The notes under the pieces are model-generated. The model saw only the letters and a program-made list of their open reading frames with translations. It was not told where the DNA came from and ran no database searches. From Thermomicrobiales bacterium (GTDB taxonomy: Bacteria; Chloroflexota; Chloroflexia; Thermomicrobiales; UBA6265), in contig JBHOQQ010000070.1 in assembly GCA_042408955.1 (NCBI GenBank), positions 3,795 to 67,794 of the forward strand: a stretch of 64,000 nt of DNA, written 5' to 3'. Position numbers and translations under genes: made by a program. Shown here one piece after another: positions 37,850 through 46,454 of the stretch; position 1 is the first letter of the stretch, and every line of letters starts with the position of its first letter.

Positions 37850-38560
37850 GTGCAAGACGAAACGGTCTTCGTGGCAACTCCGGCCTGGCGGAGTCACCAT
37901 GCTGGGGCATCAGCCGCGGTGCTCGCGGTCCGCCTTACCGCCCCTCCTGTTCGCACGCGTGCGCTCGACGCCGCGCGCGAGCAGCTTGAACGCGAATTGC
38001 GTTTGCGCTACGGCGGCCTTGCGCGATCTGAGCTTCGGACCATGGGCAATTTGCCAGCGTACGTGTCCTACTACCGGCAGTTCGGCCAGACCTATCACGT
38101 CTTGCACCAGATCGAATCGGTTGCCGTAAAGGGGAAGCCGCTTGCCCCTCGGGAGCCGCTCGTGGAAGCCGGGTTCCTGGCCGAGCTTGCCACTGGCCTT
38201 CTGACGGCAAGCCACGACCTCGATGTGCTCACCCTCCCAATCATGATCGACGTGGCAACCGGCACCGAGCGCTATACGCTCTACAATGGCGAGGCCGTGA
38301 CTGCCAAAGCTGGCGACATGCTGATGCGGGACCAGAACGCGTTGCTAACGACCATTATTCTGGGACCCGCCGGCGTTGCCCGGATCACGCCGCAGACCCG
38401 GTCAGCCGTGTACTGCATTTATGCCCCACCAGGGGTGAACGCGGTGGAGGTGCATGATCACCTGACATTGATCGAGCGCACCGTGCAGCTTCTTGACCCA
38501 GCTGCGATCATCCACGCAAGAATCGTCCTAACGGCGCCGCCTGAATCCACATCTTGTTGA
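37850..38560 (+). CDS. B3/B4 (PheT-like tRNA-binding) domain protein
   Basis: Resemblance to stand-alone B3/4 proteins (YVSYYRQFGQTYHVLHQIESVAVKGKPL, LLTASHDLD). GTG start. Confidence 0.55.
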   Translation: MQDETVFVATPAWRSHHAGASAAVLAVRLTAPPVRTRALDAAREQLERELRLRYGGLARSELRTMGNLPAYVSYYRQFGQTYHVLHQIESVAVKGKPLAPREPLVEAGFLAELATGLLTASHDLDVLTLPIMIDVATGTERYTLYNGEAVTAKAGDMLMRDQNALLTTIILGPAGVARITPQTRSAVYCIYAPPGVNAVEVHDHLTLIERTVQLLDPAAIIHARIVLTAPPESTSC

Positions 38561-38640
38561 ATGCGCCAGACACGAGCGTGCTCCCACCGGCGGCCAGCGG
38601 GAGCACGCCCCGAGCTGCCCTTCGTCCGGGCCACCCTGCG

Positions 38641-39225
38641 TCACGAGGCCGGCGTAGCCTCCACGTCGGTGGATGTGCCAGCCGCGCCACCTGACTGGAC
38701 AAGGTAGACCGTTACCTGCGTTCGGCCATCCATGCCCCCGCTGAGAATCGCCACGCCAGCGTATCCGGAGTTGTTGAGTTCACCGAGTCCGAACGTGAGC
38801 GTGTCACCAACGCGCGTGCCGCCAACGTTGCCGCACGCGATGTAGTTGCCGATATTCTCTTGGCTTTCATGCACGTTGATGGCATATGGAGCAGCCAGCA
38901 AGTCATCGAGGCTGACCTCAAGCTGGGTAACACTCATGAGCACGGGAATGGCATTCGCGGCGCCGGCCTGCTCACCGGCCATGGGACTCGCTTCCATCCC
39001 AGCCATCGTGCCACTGATTTCCGCGATATTGGTGAGGGGATACACCACCTCGCCGAGGTTGTCGCACGTCCCTGAGTGAATGTGTGCCGGATGCCCAGCG
39101 GTTACCTGACCCGGCGCCGCAGTGGGACTTGCTTCCTGCGCCTGTACTGCCACTGCGCCGGCAACGAGCAACCCAACGATGCCGACGATGCCCCCAAGCT
39201 GTGCTACCAATCGCCCCAGTCTCAT
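38641..39225 (-). CDS. Secreted single-domain HxHxGxC protein (paralogue of 22371-22755)
   Basis: Signal peptide (LVAQLGGIVGIVGLLVAGAVAVQA). AHIHSGTC, VSLDDLLAAPYAINVH, IACGNVGG, SGYAGVAIL, VTVYL. SD GGAGGGT. Confidence 0.75.
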   Translation of the reverse strand: MRLGRLVAQLGGIVGIVGLLVAGAVAVQAQEASPTAAPGQVTAGHPAHIHSGTCDNLGEVVYPLTNIAEISGTMAGMEASPMAGEQAGAANAIPVLMSVTQLEVSLDDLLAAPYAINVHESQENIGNYIACGNVGGTRVGDTLTFGLGELNNSGYAGVAILSGGMDGRTQVTVYLVQSGGAAGTSTDVEATPAS

Positions 39226-39367
39226 ACTCGGTCACCCTCCTGTGACATCGATCCGGCCAGCACGCGCCGCGCTGGCGCTCAGGAGGGTGCATGCGGTATG
39301 CCAGGAAGGCACTGGGTGACCCCGCGGCGTGACATGTAGGCTACCTGGCCGCCTAGCAGCCCCTCGG

Positions 39368-39733
39368 TCAATGACGGTCAACATGCGGCTGGTAGCGCAC
39401 GATGGTAACTGGGTCGGTGGTGATGAGTCCGCCCTGCAACATTTCTTCAATCGCTGGCAAGAGGCGAGCGACTCGTTCTTCCGTGTCGATCCACTCCAGC
39501 ACGAGCGGCAAATCCGCCGACAGATCGACAATGGACGCCGCGTGGATCTTGCTGTGGGCACCGTAACCGGCCAGACCGCGTGTCACGGTGGCGCCGGCCG
39601 CGCCTTCCCTCCGGAGAAATTCAAGGAGCGCGCTCCAGAGCGGTTGTCCATAATGCCGGTCCCGCTCACCAAAATACGCACGGACGCGGATCCCCCGCCC
39701 GTTCATCTGATGCTCAAGCGCTTCGCGCCCCAC
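39368..39733 (-). CDS. DUF190 (PII-like) protein
   Basis: IRVRAYFGERDRHYGQPLWSALLEFLRREGAAGATVTRGLAGYG. GTG 39733 follows GAGGAG, 30 nt after the MFS stop. Confidence 0.75.
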   Translation of the reverse strand: MGREALEHQMNGRGIRVRAYFGERDRHYGQPLWSALLEFLRREGAAGATVTRGLAGYGAHSKIHAASIVDLSADLPLVLEWIDTEERVARLLPAIEEMLQGGLITTDPVTIVRYQPHVDRH

Positions 39734-39763
39734 CAGCGCACTCCTCGCTCCTTGTCCGCCCCG

Positions 39764-40966
39764 CTATCGCTGGCGCCGAACCGCCAAAAGCACAGGCACG
39801 GCTGCGGCTTGGGTCAGGACAGCAAAGGCCACCACGGTGCCAACCGACCGATCGTAAAGCAATCCCATGACCGCGCTGCCGGCAAACCACGCCATGCCAT
39901 AGCCACCATTGAACAGGCCATAGGCGGCAGCACGGCGCTGCGTTGAAACCAATTCTGCCACTGCCGCCCGCATAATGGACTCTTGGCTGGCCAAGCCAAT
40001 GCCCCACAAGCTGACGCCAATCAACGCCGCAACCGGCCCACCTAGAAAGACCAGTGGAGCGAACGGCAAGGCCAGCATGACCGCTGCGGCTACAACTGGG
40101 TAGCTAAAGCGATCGAACAGGCGCCCAAGAACAAGCGCCCCAATGGCATCAATGCCCATTGCCACTGCGTAATACACCGGGATAAGGGCATCGCGCACAA
40201 CCGCGTCGTGGGCAAGATGATAGGCAATCAGGGCGAAATCAGCGAATCCAGCCCCGACCAGCGCCGAGCCCGCCAAATAGATCCAAAACGCTTTAGGCCA
40301 ACCATGCGTGACAAGCGGCTCGGCCGCCTCGAAGGCACCAGGGTGGGGATGCCAGAACCGGACCGCGATCAACACGCCGAGTGTGCAAAGCGCGGGGATC
40401 GCTAGCACGGCCAAACCTGTTCGATAGCCATCTCCCAGCCACATCACCGCGACGACGAGTAACGGCCCAAGCACCGCACCTGTTTGGTCAAGCGCCTCAT
40501 GGATTCCGAACCCCCAGCCTCGTCCGACCTGGGAGGTGGCATAGGAGAGCATCGCATCGCGCGCGGGTGTCCGCACTGCCTTACCAATCCTCTCGGCAAT
40601 GAGCAGCAGTACAGCCCATTGCCAGTGCCCAACCAGCGCAAGCAACGGCACCGCCACCATGTTGATGGTGTACCCCGTAAGGGTGATGGTCCAATACCGT
40701 GCGGTCCGGTCGCTAATGTAGCCAGAAACGATGCGCAGCGCGTAGCCCAGCAATTCGCCGAGCCCGGCCGTGACGCCCACAACAGTCGCGCTGGCGCCAA
40801 GCATGGCAAGATAAGGTCCCGCAATGCTGCGCGCCCCCTCGTAGGCCATATCAGCGAACAAACTGACGACTCCGAGCAGGACGACGAATTGCAGTGCCCG
40901 CTTGGCGTCACTGCCGCGTGGCTGGCTGGAGGTGCCTTGGAAATGATCAGCGGCCTGATGGGTCAT
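39764..40966 (-). CDS. MFS transporter (about 12 TM)
   Basis: 400-aa polytopic ORF with a motif-A-like GYISDRTARYW. The ATG directly abuts the stop of the upstream gene. Confidence 0.85.
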   Translation of the reverse strand: MTHQAADHFQGTSSQPRGSDAKRALQFVVLLGVVSLFADMAYEGARSIAGPYLAMLGASATVVGVTAGLGELLGYALRIVSGYISDRTARYWTITLTGYTINMVAVPLLALVGHWQWAVLLLIAERIGKAVRTPARDAMLSYATSQVGRGWGFGIHEALDQTGAVLGPLLVVAVMWLGDGYRTGLAVLAIPALCTLGVLIAVRFWHPHPGAFEAAEPLVTHGWPKAFWIYLAGSALVGAGFADFALIAYHLAHDAVVRDALIPVYYAVAMGIDAIGALVLGRLFDRFSYPVVAAAVMLALPFAPLVFLGGPVAALIGVSLWGIGLASQESIMRAAVAELVSTQRRAAAYGLFNGGYGMAWFAGSAVMGLLYDRSVGTVVAFAVLTQAAAVPVLLAVRRQR

Positions 40967-41698
40967 TCACTGATCCTGGCGAGCGTGGCCGGCCCCACCA
41001 GGCCAGCCAGCGACGTGATAGACCGCGCGCTGGGCTGCTCCACGCTCGATGCCCGCCGGCTCGTGCCGGTAGCGATAGTCGTGTTTCCGAATGATCTCAC
41101 GAAGGTGCCGGCGGAGTTGCCCCACCTGCGCGATCGCCACCTCACGGAGTATGGCAAACTCCTCCGGCGCGGCACGGCATAGCGCCTGGCGCAGATGCGG
41201 GATACACAGTGTGGCCGACTGGGCATACGCGGCCCGAAACTCCGGCTCTGACAACCCCGCGATGAGTGCTGTGACGGCTATCGCCGCCGCTTCATCCCGG
41301 ACCCGGCAGAAGGGACACTGGCCATCAGGCTTGAGCAGCGTACATTCCCGATCCGAACTCGCATCGCCAGAGAGAGTGAATCGCGCGACGATTTCCAGCA
41401 GACGCCCGCCGCGTTGCGAGGGCTCAAGCTGCCGGAGCGCCGCCTCGATCTCCTTGAGCACACCGTCGTACACCAGGGAGGTGCTGAGAACGCGGGCGCG
41501 GGCAAGCCACTTGTTGGCATGCTCCGGGCAAAATCCCCAGGCGGCATCGACGTCCGCGCGGAAGCCTGGATCGTTGACAAACTCATAGTCAACGCTGTCC
41601 ATCGCGTGCTCCACCGCCCGGTGCATCAAGCGGCAAACAGGACAGCCGGGCATGGGGAATGCGTCGAGCAGGTCTTCGTGCGCCGCTGATCGCTCCAT
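40967..41698 (-). CDS. Cys-rich DUF6062-like protein (two CPxC...C-x2-H half-repeats)
   Basis: ATG 41698 follows GGAG. CPVC...GFCPEH and CPFC...LCIPH. The size (243 aa) and motifs fit my recollection of DUF6062. The ORF-track start 41794 lies inside the riboswitch. Confidence 0.65.
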   Translation of the reverse strand: MERSAAHEDLLDAFPMPGCPVCRLMHRAVEHAMDSVDYEFVNDPGFRADVDAAWGFCPEHANKWLARARVLSTSLVYDGVLKEIEAALRQLEPSQRGGRLLEIVARFTLSGDASSDRECTLLKPDGQCPFCRVRDEAAAIAVTALIAGLSEPEFRAAYAQSATLCIPHLRQALCRAAPEEFAILREVAIAQVGQLRRHLREIIRKHDYRYRHEPAGIERGAAQRAVYHVAGWPGGAGHARQDQ

Positions 41699-41710
41699 GC
41701 GGTATCTCCA

Positions 41711-41758
41711 CAAAACAAAAGCTTCTACCGCCCCATGACATCGGGAGCAGGTAGAAGC
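41711..41758 (-). terminator. Riboswitch expression-platform terminator
   Basis: GCUUCUACC (41758-41750) pairs with GGUAGAAGC (41729-41721), followed by UUUUGUUUUG (41720-41711). The 5' arm is shared with the aptamer pseudoknot. Confidence 0.75.
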
Positions 41759-41798
41759 TATCAGCCGCTGCTGCGGCAGTGTGGCGAGCCTCATCGCC
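41750..41798 (-). promoter_or_regulatory. Fluoride riboswitch (crcB-motif) aptamer candidate
   Basis: GGCGAUGAGGCUCGCC ACA CUGCCGC AGCA GCGGC UGAUAGCUUCUACC. It has P1 GGCGA/UCGCC, pseudoknot GAGGC:GCUUC, hairpin CCGC/GCGG, and a CUGAU...UAC junction of the same length as the recalled reference sequences. Confidence 0.75.
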
Positions 41799-41835
41799 GG
41801 GAGACCAGCCTCATCTGCCTGGCCTCACCGCCGGG

Positions 41836-41864
41836 ATAGTAGGGTTGCGCACCAGGGCTGTCAA
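41836..41864 (-). promoter_or_regulatory. Promoter of the riboswitch operon
   Basis: On the minus strand: TTGACA (41864-41859), 17 nt spacer, TACTAT (41841-41836). Confidence 0.65.
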
Positions 41865-42061
41865 GCGCGATCTGCACACGATGATCTCCTGGGCTGCGTG
41901 AGCCGTGTTGCACGCTTTACAATCGGAGGTGCTGTTGCGCGGCGACGCTGGCAGTATGCCAGGTCATCGTTGAACGGCTCCACCGCACACCCGCCAACGC
42001 CAGAGGAGAGTACTCAGGTGGCGCATGACATCGCTGTAGCCTTCTGCATGGAGATCGCCCG

Positions 42062-42439
42062 GTGACCTATCTCCTTGTCGGGCTCGGCGGGTTTCTTGGC
42101 GCCAACGCGCGTTACGCGATCTCCGTTTGGGCGGCGAACCGGCTTGGCACTGCATTCCCGCACGGAACGTTTATCATCAACGTTTCCGGCAGCTTCCTCA
42201 TGGGCGTTGCCGTCACCCTTATCGCTGGCCGGTTCGATGATGCCGCCAGCGCCCGCTTGCTGATCACCACGGGCTTTCTGGGCGCGTATACCACCTTCTC
42301 GACGTTTGCCTTCGAAACCCTGGCATTGCTTCGCCAGCGCGATTGGCGTGGTGGCCTTTTCAACGCTGTGGGCAGCGCCGGACTCGGCGCCGCCTCGGCA
42401 GCGCTCGGTATCTGGCTTACCAATCGGTCATTCGGATGA
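42062..42439 (+). CDS. crcB: Fluoride channel CrcB (copy 1)
   Basis: GLGGFLGANARY, FPHGTFIINVSGSFLMG, GFLGAYTTFSTF. GTG start after GGAG. Confidence 0.9.
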   Translation: MTYLLVGLGGFLGANARYAISVWAANRLGTAFPHGTFIINVSGSFLMGVAVTLIAGRFDDAASARLLITTGFLGAYTTFSTFAFETLALLRQRDWRGGLFNAVGSAGLGAASAALGIWLTNRSFG

Positions 42440-43011
42440 GCGGCACGCATCCCAACCCTGGCCCGCGAATGCAGTACACCACCCACGGCCACGAGCCCAT
42501 GTCACGTCCGCATGTGACTGTGGCACCCGGCGACTCGGCGCTGCCGGACGGAGTGCTGGCGCAGCGTCCCGCTGGGAGCCAGCAGCCAACCACAGGTCCA
42601 TCACATCCGCCTCCCTCGTTCGCTCTGCACGAGACCATCGTGACCATCACCGCGGTCGGGCTCGGTGGCGTGCTCGGCGCCAACGCGCGTTACGTTCTGG
42701 GGACCTGGGCACAAGCGGCCTGGGGTTCCGAGTTCCCCTGGGGAACGCTGCTCATCAACGTGCTCGGCAGCCTGCTGATCGGTGTCTTCCTGACGCTCGC
42801 CACGGAGCGCCTCACGATTCGCCCAGCGACGCGCCTATTCGTCGCGACCGGTATCCTTGGAGCATTTACCACCTTCTCGACGATGAGCTATGAACTTGTG
42901 CACCTGCTCCAAGCCGGCGCCCTAATCCGGGCTGTGCTGTATCTGCTGGCGAGTCTCGGCCTCGGCCTCATTGCCGTCATTGGCGGCCGCGTGCTAGCGC
43001 TCGCGGTTTAG
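42436..43011 (+). CDS. crcB: Fluoride channel CrcB (copy 2), possibly with a 68-aa Pro-rich N-terminal extension
   Basis: GLGGVLGANARY, FPWGTLLINVLGSLLIG, GILGAFTTFSTM. ATG 42436 overlaps the crcB1 stop (ATGA). The alternative GTG 42640 would give a canonical 123-aa protein. Confidence 0.85.
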   Translation: MSGTHPNPGPRMQYTTHGHEPMSRPHVTVAPGDSALPDGVLAQRPAGSQQPTTGPSHPPPSFALHETIVTITAVGLGGVLGANARYVLGTWAQAAWGSEFPWGTLLINVLGSLLIGVFLTLATERLTIRPATRLFVATGILGAFTTFSTMSYELVHLLQAGALIRAVLYLLASLGLGLIAVIGGRVLALAV

Positions 43012-43207
43012 CGCATCGGATGCGTTGCGGACGCAAGAGATTGCTCGCGCCGCTCAGGATGACCGTGGGAGGCGGCCGGAATGAGGCATCGCTAAGGCAA
43101 GCCGTGCTCGACCACGGGCATACCTGGCCCGCGTTTCCAGCCCGGCGAGTTGCCGAGAGCCGGCTCTCCGATGAAGCGCCACCATGTGGCGCGGCCCATC
43201 GTCCAGA

Positions 43208-43945
43208 TCATGGATGATGCGAGACCGGACGCGGCACGAGATTCTCGGCAAATGCGTAGAGCACCGCCTGCGTCCGGTCGCGCACGCCGATCTTCTGGAA
43301 GAGAGCGGAGAGATTGTTCTTGACCGTGCTCTCAGCGAGCGATAGTTCGTTGGCGATTTGCCGGTTGTTATAGCCGGCGGCCAAGAGCCGCAACAGGGTC
43401 AGATCCCGTTGCGTGAGCGCGCCATCGCGGTGGCCTTCGTCCGGCTGCCGCGTCACGAGGCGGTGATATTCGCGAATGAGCACCGGAGCCAGGGTGGGAT
43501 CAATTGCCGATCCGCCAGCGGCCGCCAGGCGTACCGCGCGGATGACATCCTCGGAGCGGGCATTTTTCAGCAGATAGCCCTTCGCCCCGGCGCGCACTGC
43601 CTGGATCGCGTAATCATCTTCCCAAAACATGGTCAGCACGATCACGCTGGTATCAGGGCAGAATCGTGTGACTGCCTCGGTTGCGCGGATACCATCAACA
43701 ACCGGCATATTGATGTCCATCAGAATTACCTGTGGGGCCAATTCCCGCGCGAGGCGGATCGCCTCCTCACCGTTCGCAGCCTCGCCCACGACGACGATGT
43801 CGCTCGTTTCCTCGAGGAGTTTCCGCAAGCCCTCGCGGACCAAATGATGATCATCGGCGAGCAAGACGGTGAGTCGCTTGTCTCCTGCCATCTTCGAGGG
43901 AGCGCCTTGTCCTGACCGGCGATCCGGAGCCGGGCTTCGCTCCAT
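43208..43945 (-). CDS. NarL/LuxR-family response regulator
   Basis: REC (LLADDHHLV, ILMDINMP) plus LuxR HTH (LTQRDLTLLRLLAAGYNNRQIANELSLAESTVKNNL). Start uncertain: ATG 44020, 43945 or 43891. Confidence 0.85.
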   Translation of the reverse strand: MERSPAPDRRSGQGAPSKMAGDKRLTVLLADDHHLVREGLRKLLEETSDIVVVGEAANGEEAIRLARELAPQVILMDINMPVVDGIRATEAVTRFCPDTSVIVLTMFWEDDYAIQAVRAGAKGYLLKNARSEDVIRAVRLAAAGGSAIDPTLAPVLIREYHRLVTRQPDEGHRDGALTQRDLTLLRLLAAGYNNRQIANELSLAESTVKNNLSALFQKIGVRDRTQAVLYAFAENLVPRPVSHHP

Positions 43946-44020
43946 GCGGGCACCCCCGTGTCCGTTATCGCTCAACTCACCACCTCCGGCATCACCCCAT
44001 GCCTGACGCCATCTTTTCAA

Positions 44021-45223
44021 TCAATCCCGGCTGCGCGCGCCGCCCTGTCCTGCGGAGAGAGGAATCCAGGCACGGACCGTTGTGCCGCCGCCCGGCCGCG
44101 ACCCTACCTCCAGTCGCCCTCCGGTCTCCTCCGCCAGCTCCTTGATCTGCTCCAGGCCAAAATGCCCGACAGGCGCAACGCCGTCGAACCCAACGCCGTC
44201 GTCGGCGACCTCGATCTCGATCGCATGGTCTGCCCGGCGCACTTCCAGGTGCACCCGGTCCGCTTGTGCATGCTTGCGCACGTTGTGCAGCGCCTCTCGA
44301 ACAATGCCGACGATGGCCCGCTCAACTTCGGGCGCCAGCCGTACCCCACTCACCTGAGCAAACTTGACCTCCAGACCTGGCGCAGCGGGAGTCATTTCCG
44401 CGAGAAGCTCCCGTAGTGGTCCGGTAATGCTGGGAGCAGGCGGCTGGGACGAGCGAAGCCTGCCGATCGCTTTCCGCATGCCCAGGATCGCCCGATCAAT
44501 CAGATCGCGCGCCTGCCGGGCATCAGCGGTGATCGCCTGGTCCTCACCGAGTGTCCGGATGAGACGGTCCAGCGCCAGCCCTGCCAGAGCCAGGTCCTGG
44601 GTCGGTCCATCGTGCAATTCTCGGCTGATGTCCTTGCGTGCTGCCGTCAGCTCTCGCTCGTGCTCGGCGCGGGAGATCGAAAGCTCCATGCGCTGGCGCA
44701 TGACGATCGCTTCCAGCGCTTGCGCCGTGACCACGCCAATCGCTCCAACCGCGAGGCGCTCAGCGGCCGTCGTCGCCGGTATCGCCCCGCCGGTACCGGC
44801 AAGGAGCAACGAGCCGAGCAATGAGTCACCTCGGACGAGCGGCACAACGAGGAGCGCAGGCGACCCTTCGATGACATACTGACCTGGTCCAGTGCTCGGC
44901 TCCCCCGGTGCATGCGCGGCGATCCACCGCTGGTGGAGCGATGCAGCAGCTACCTCCAGCGCTTGGCGCGGCAGGGATGGCGGCGTGGCATAGGCGACGG
45001 CGAAGAATCCACGCTCATCCGGCCGCAGGAGCGCAACACTGCTCACTCCGGAAACCCGTGCTGCAAGGCGGCATGCAGTCCGATAGACCCCAACCAGCGT
45101 CCGCTCGCCAGCAATGGTCGCAAGGCCGCGCACCATCGCGTCGGCGGCTCTCTGGACCGGCTCCATTCTGGCCTCCGGCGGAGCCGCTGGCTCGACCGAC
45201 TCTGTATTCGCGATTGGGCGCAT
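44021..45223 (-). CDS. Cytoplasmic GAF-type sensor histidine kinase (HisKA_3)
   Basis: H-box ISRELHDGPTQDL, N-box REALHNVRKHA, DDGVGF, GHFGL. No TM segments. SD GGAGAG. Confidence 0.85.
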   Translation of the reverse strand: MRPIANTESVEPAAPPEARMEPVQRAADAMVRGLATIAGERTLVGVYRTACRLAARVSGVSSVALLRPDERGFFAVAYATPPSLPRQALEVAAASLHQRWIAAHAPGEPSTGPGQYVIEGSPALLVVPLVRGDSLLGSLLLAGTGGAIPATTAAERLAVGAIGVVTAQALEAIVMRQRMELSISRAEHERELTAARKDISRELHDGPTQDLALAGLALDRLIRTLGEDQAITADARQARDLIDRAILGMRKAIGRLRSSQPPAPSITGPLRELLAEMTPAAPGLEVKFAQVSGVRLAPEVERAIVGIVREALHNVRKHAQADRVHLEVRRADHAIEIEVADDGVGFDGVAPVGHFGLEQIKELAEETGGRLEVGSRPGGGTTVRAWIPLSAGQGGARSRD

Positions 45224-45638
45224 CCTTGCTCTCCGCCGGACTCACAACCCTGGGCTCTCGCTCGTGCCAGAGCCTTTCACGACCAGGAAACGCTCGCCCG
45301 CGAGGCTCGAATTCCGCACCCGTGGAGTCCCGATGGCTTTGCCGTGCAATGCACACATGGTGGGGCTATCCAGGGCTACGGCGTTGCCAGCCGAACCTCC
45401 CGACCACCCTCCATCCTACCCATGCGCGTGTCCGCCGATAAGGCAGGGTGCCAAGACTTTGGTCACAACTCGCGATAGGTTCATTTGCGCGACACATTGT
45501 GCCCAAGGCAGTAGCATTGCCTCACGCGCGATGGGCGCGCGGTGCACGAGCATGACGCGTAATTCCGCTCACCGCCAAGGCGCTCGGCTCACGCTCAGCG
45601 CCGGATGCCGGTGAGCCAGTAATCTGAGCGGAGTTAGG

Positions 45639-46448
45639 ATGATAGAGTTGACGTTTCTCGGAACCGGCACGTCAAATGGCATCCCCGTGATTGGATGTAC
45701 CTGTGCGGTCTGCACGTCATCCGATCCCCGGGATCGCCGTAGCCGCACCTCGGCGGTGGTGCGGTATAACGACCGCACGATTTTGATCGACACTGCCACT
45801 GAGCTCCGGCTCCAGGCCATTGCGACTGGCCTCACCCGCGTTGACGCTATCCTGTTTACGCATGCGCACGCCGATCACACGGGGGGCTTCGACGATCTGC
45901 GCCGGTTCAACGAGATCGCTGGGCGTCATCTCCCGGTCTACGCCTCGCCTGAGACCGCGCAAGTGCTCCGCGAGCGGTTCGCCTACGCCTTTGTGGATCA
46001 ATTCGCGTTCTATGGTGGAAAACCCGATCTGACGCTGGAGGTGATTCACGGACCGTTTTCGCTGTTTGGCCTGGAGGTCATTCCCATCCCTGTTATGCAT
46101 GGGCGGATGCAGGTGTATGGCTATCGCTTTGGTCCGCTGGCATATGTGACCGATGCGAAAGTCATTCCCCCTGAATCGCTCAATTTGCTCCGGAATCTCG
46201 ATGTGCTAGTGATCAACGCGCTCCGGGAGCGCCCGCATCCAACGCATCTCAGCCTCAGCGAGGCCGTCGCGGTGATCCAGGAAGTCCGTCCCCGCGCCGC
46301 GTACCTCGTCCACCTCAGCCACGAACTCAGCCACGCGCGAGCAGAAGCGCTCCTGCCGCCTGGCATTACGGTGGCATATGACGGGCTGCGCATTCGGACG
46401 AGCGCGGCCGCGGCGCCGCCAGCCCCGGCAGGGCACGCCGCGCCGTGA
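45639..46448 (+). CDS. MBL-fold metallo-hydrolase (PhnP-like)
   Basis: FLGTGTSNGIPVIGCTCAVC and THAHADH (HxHxDH). SD GGAG. Confidence 0.8.
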   Translation: MIELTFLGTGTSNGIPVIGCTCAVCTSSDPRDRRSRTSAVVRYNDRTILIDTATELRLQAIATGLTRVDAILFTHAHADHTGGFDDLRRFNEIAGRHLPVYASPETAQVLRERFAYAFVDQFAFYGGKPDLTLEVIHGPFSLFGLEVIPIPVMHGRMQVYGYRFGPLAYVTDAKVIPPESLNLLRNLDVLVINALRERPHPTHLSLSEAVAVIQEVRPRAAYLVHLSHELSHARAEALLPPGITVAYDGLRIRTSAAAAPPAPAGHAAP

Positions 46449-46454
46449 GTCAGG

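Noticed and set aside
41865-42061. Second fluoride riboswitch on the plus strand in front of crcB1
   Set aside because: I looked for GG(C/A)GAUG..UC(G/C)CC followed by CCGC..CUGAUGA..CCUAC. Only loose fragments occur (GGCGCAUGACAUCGCU; GGAGAU..AUCUCC around the start codon), with no junction or pseudoknot partner.
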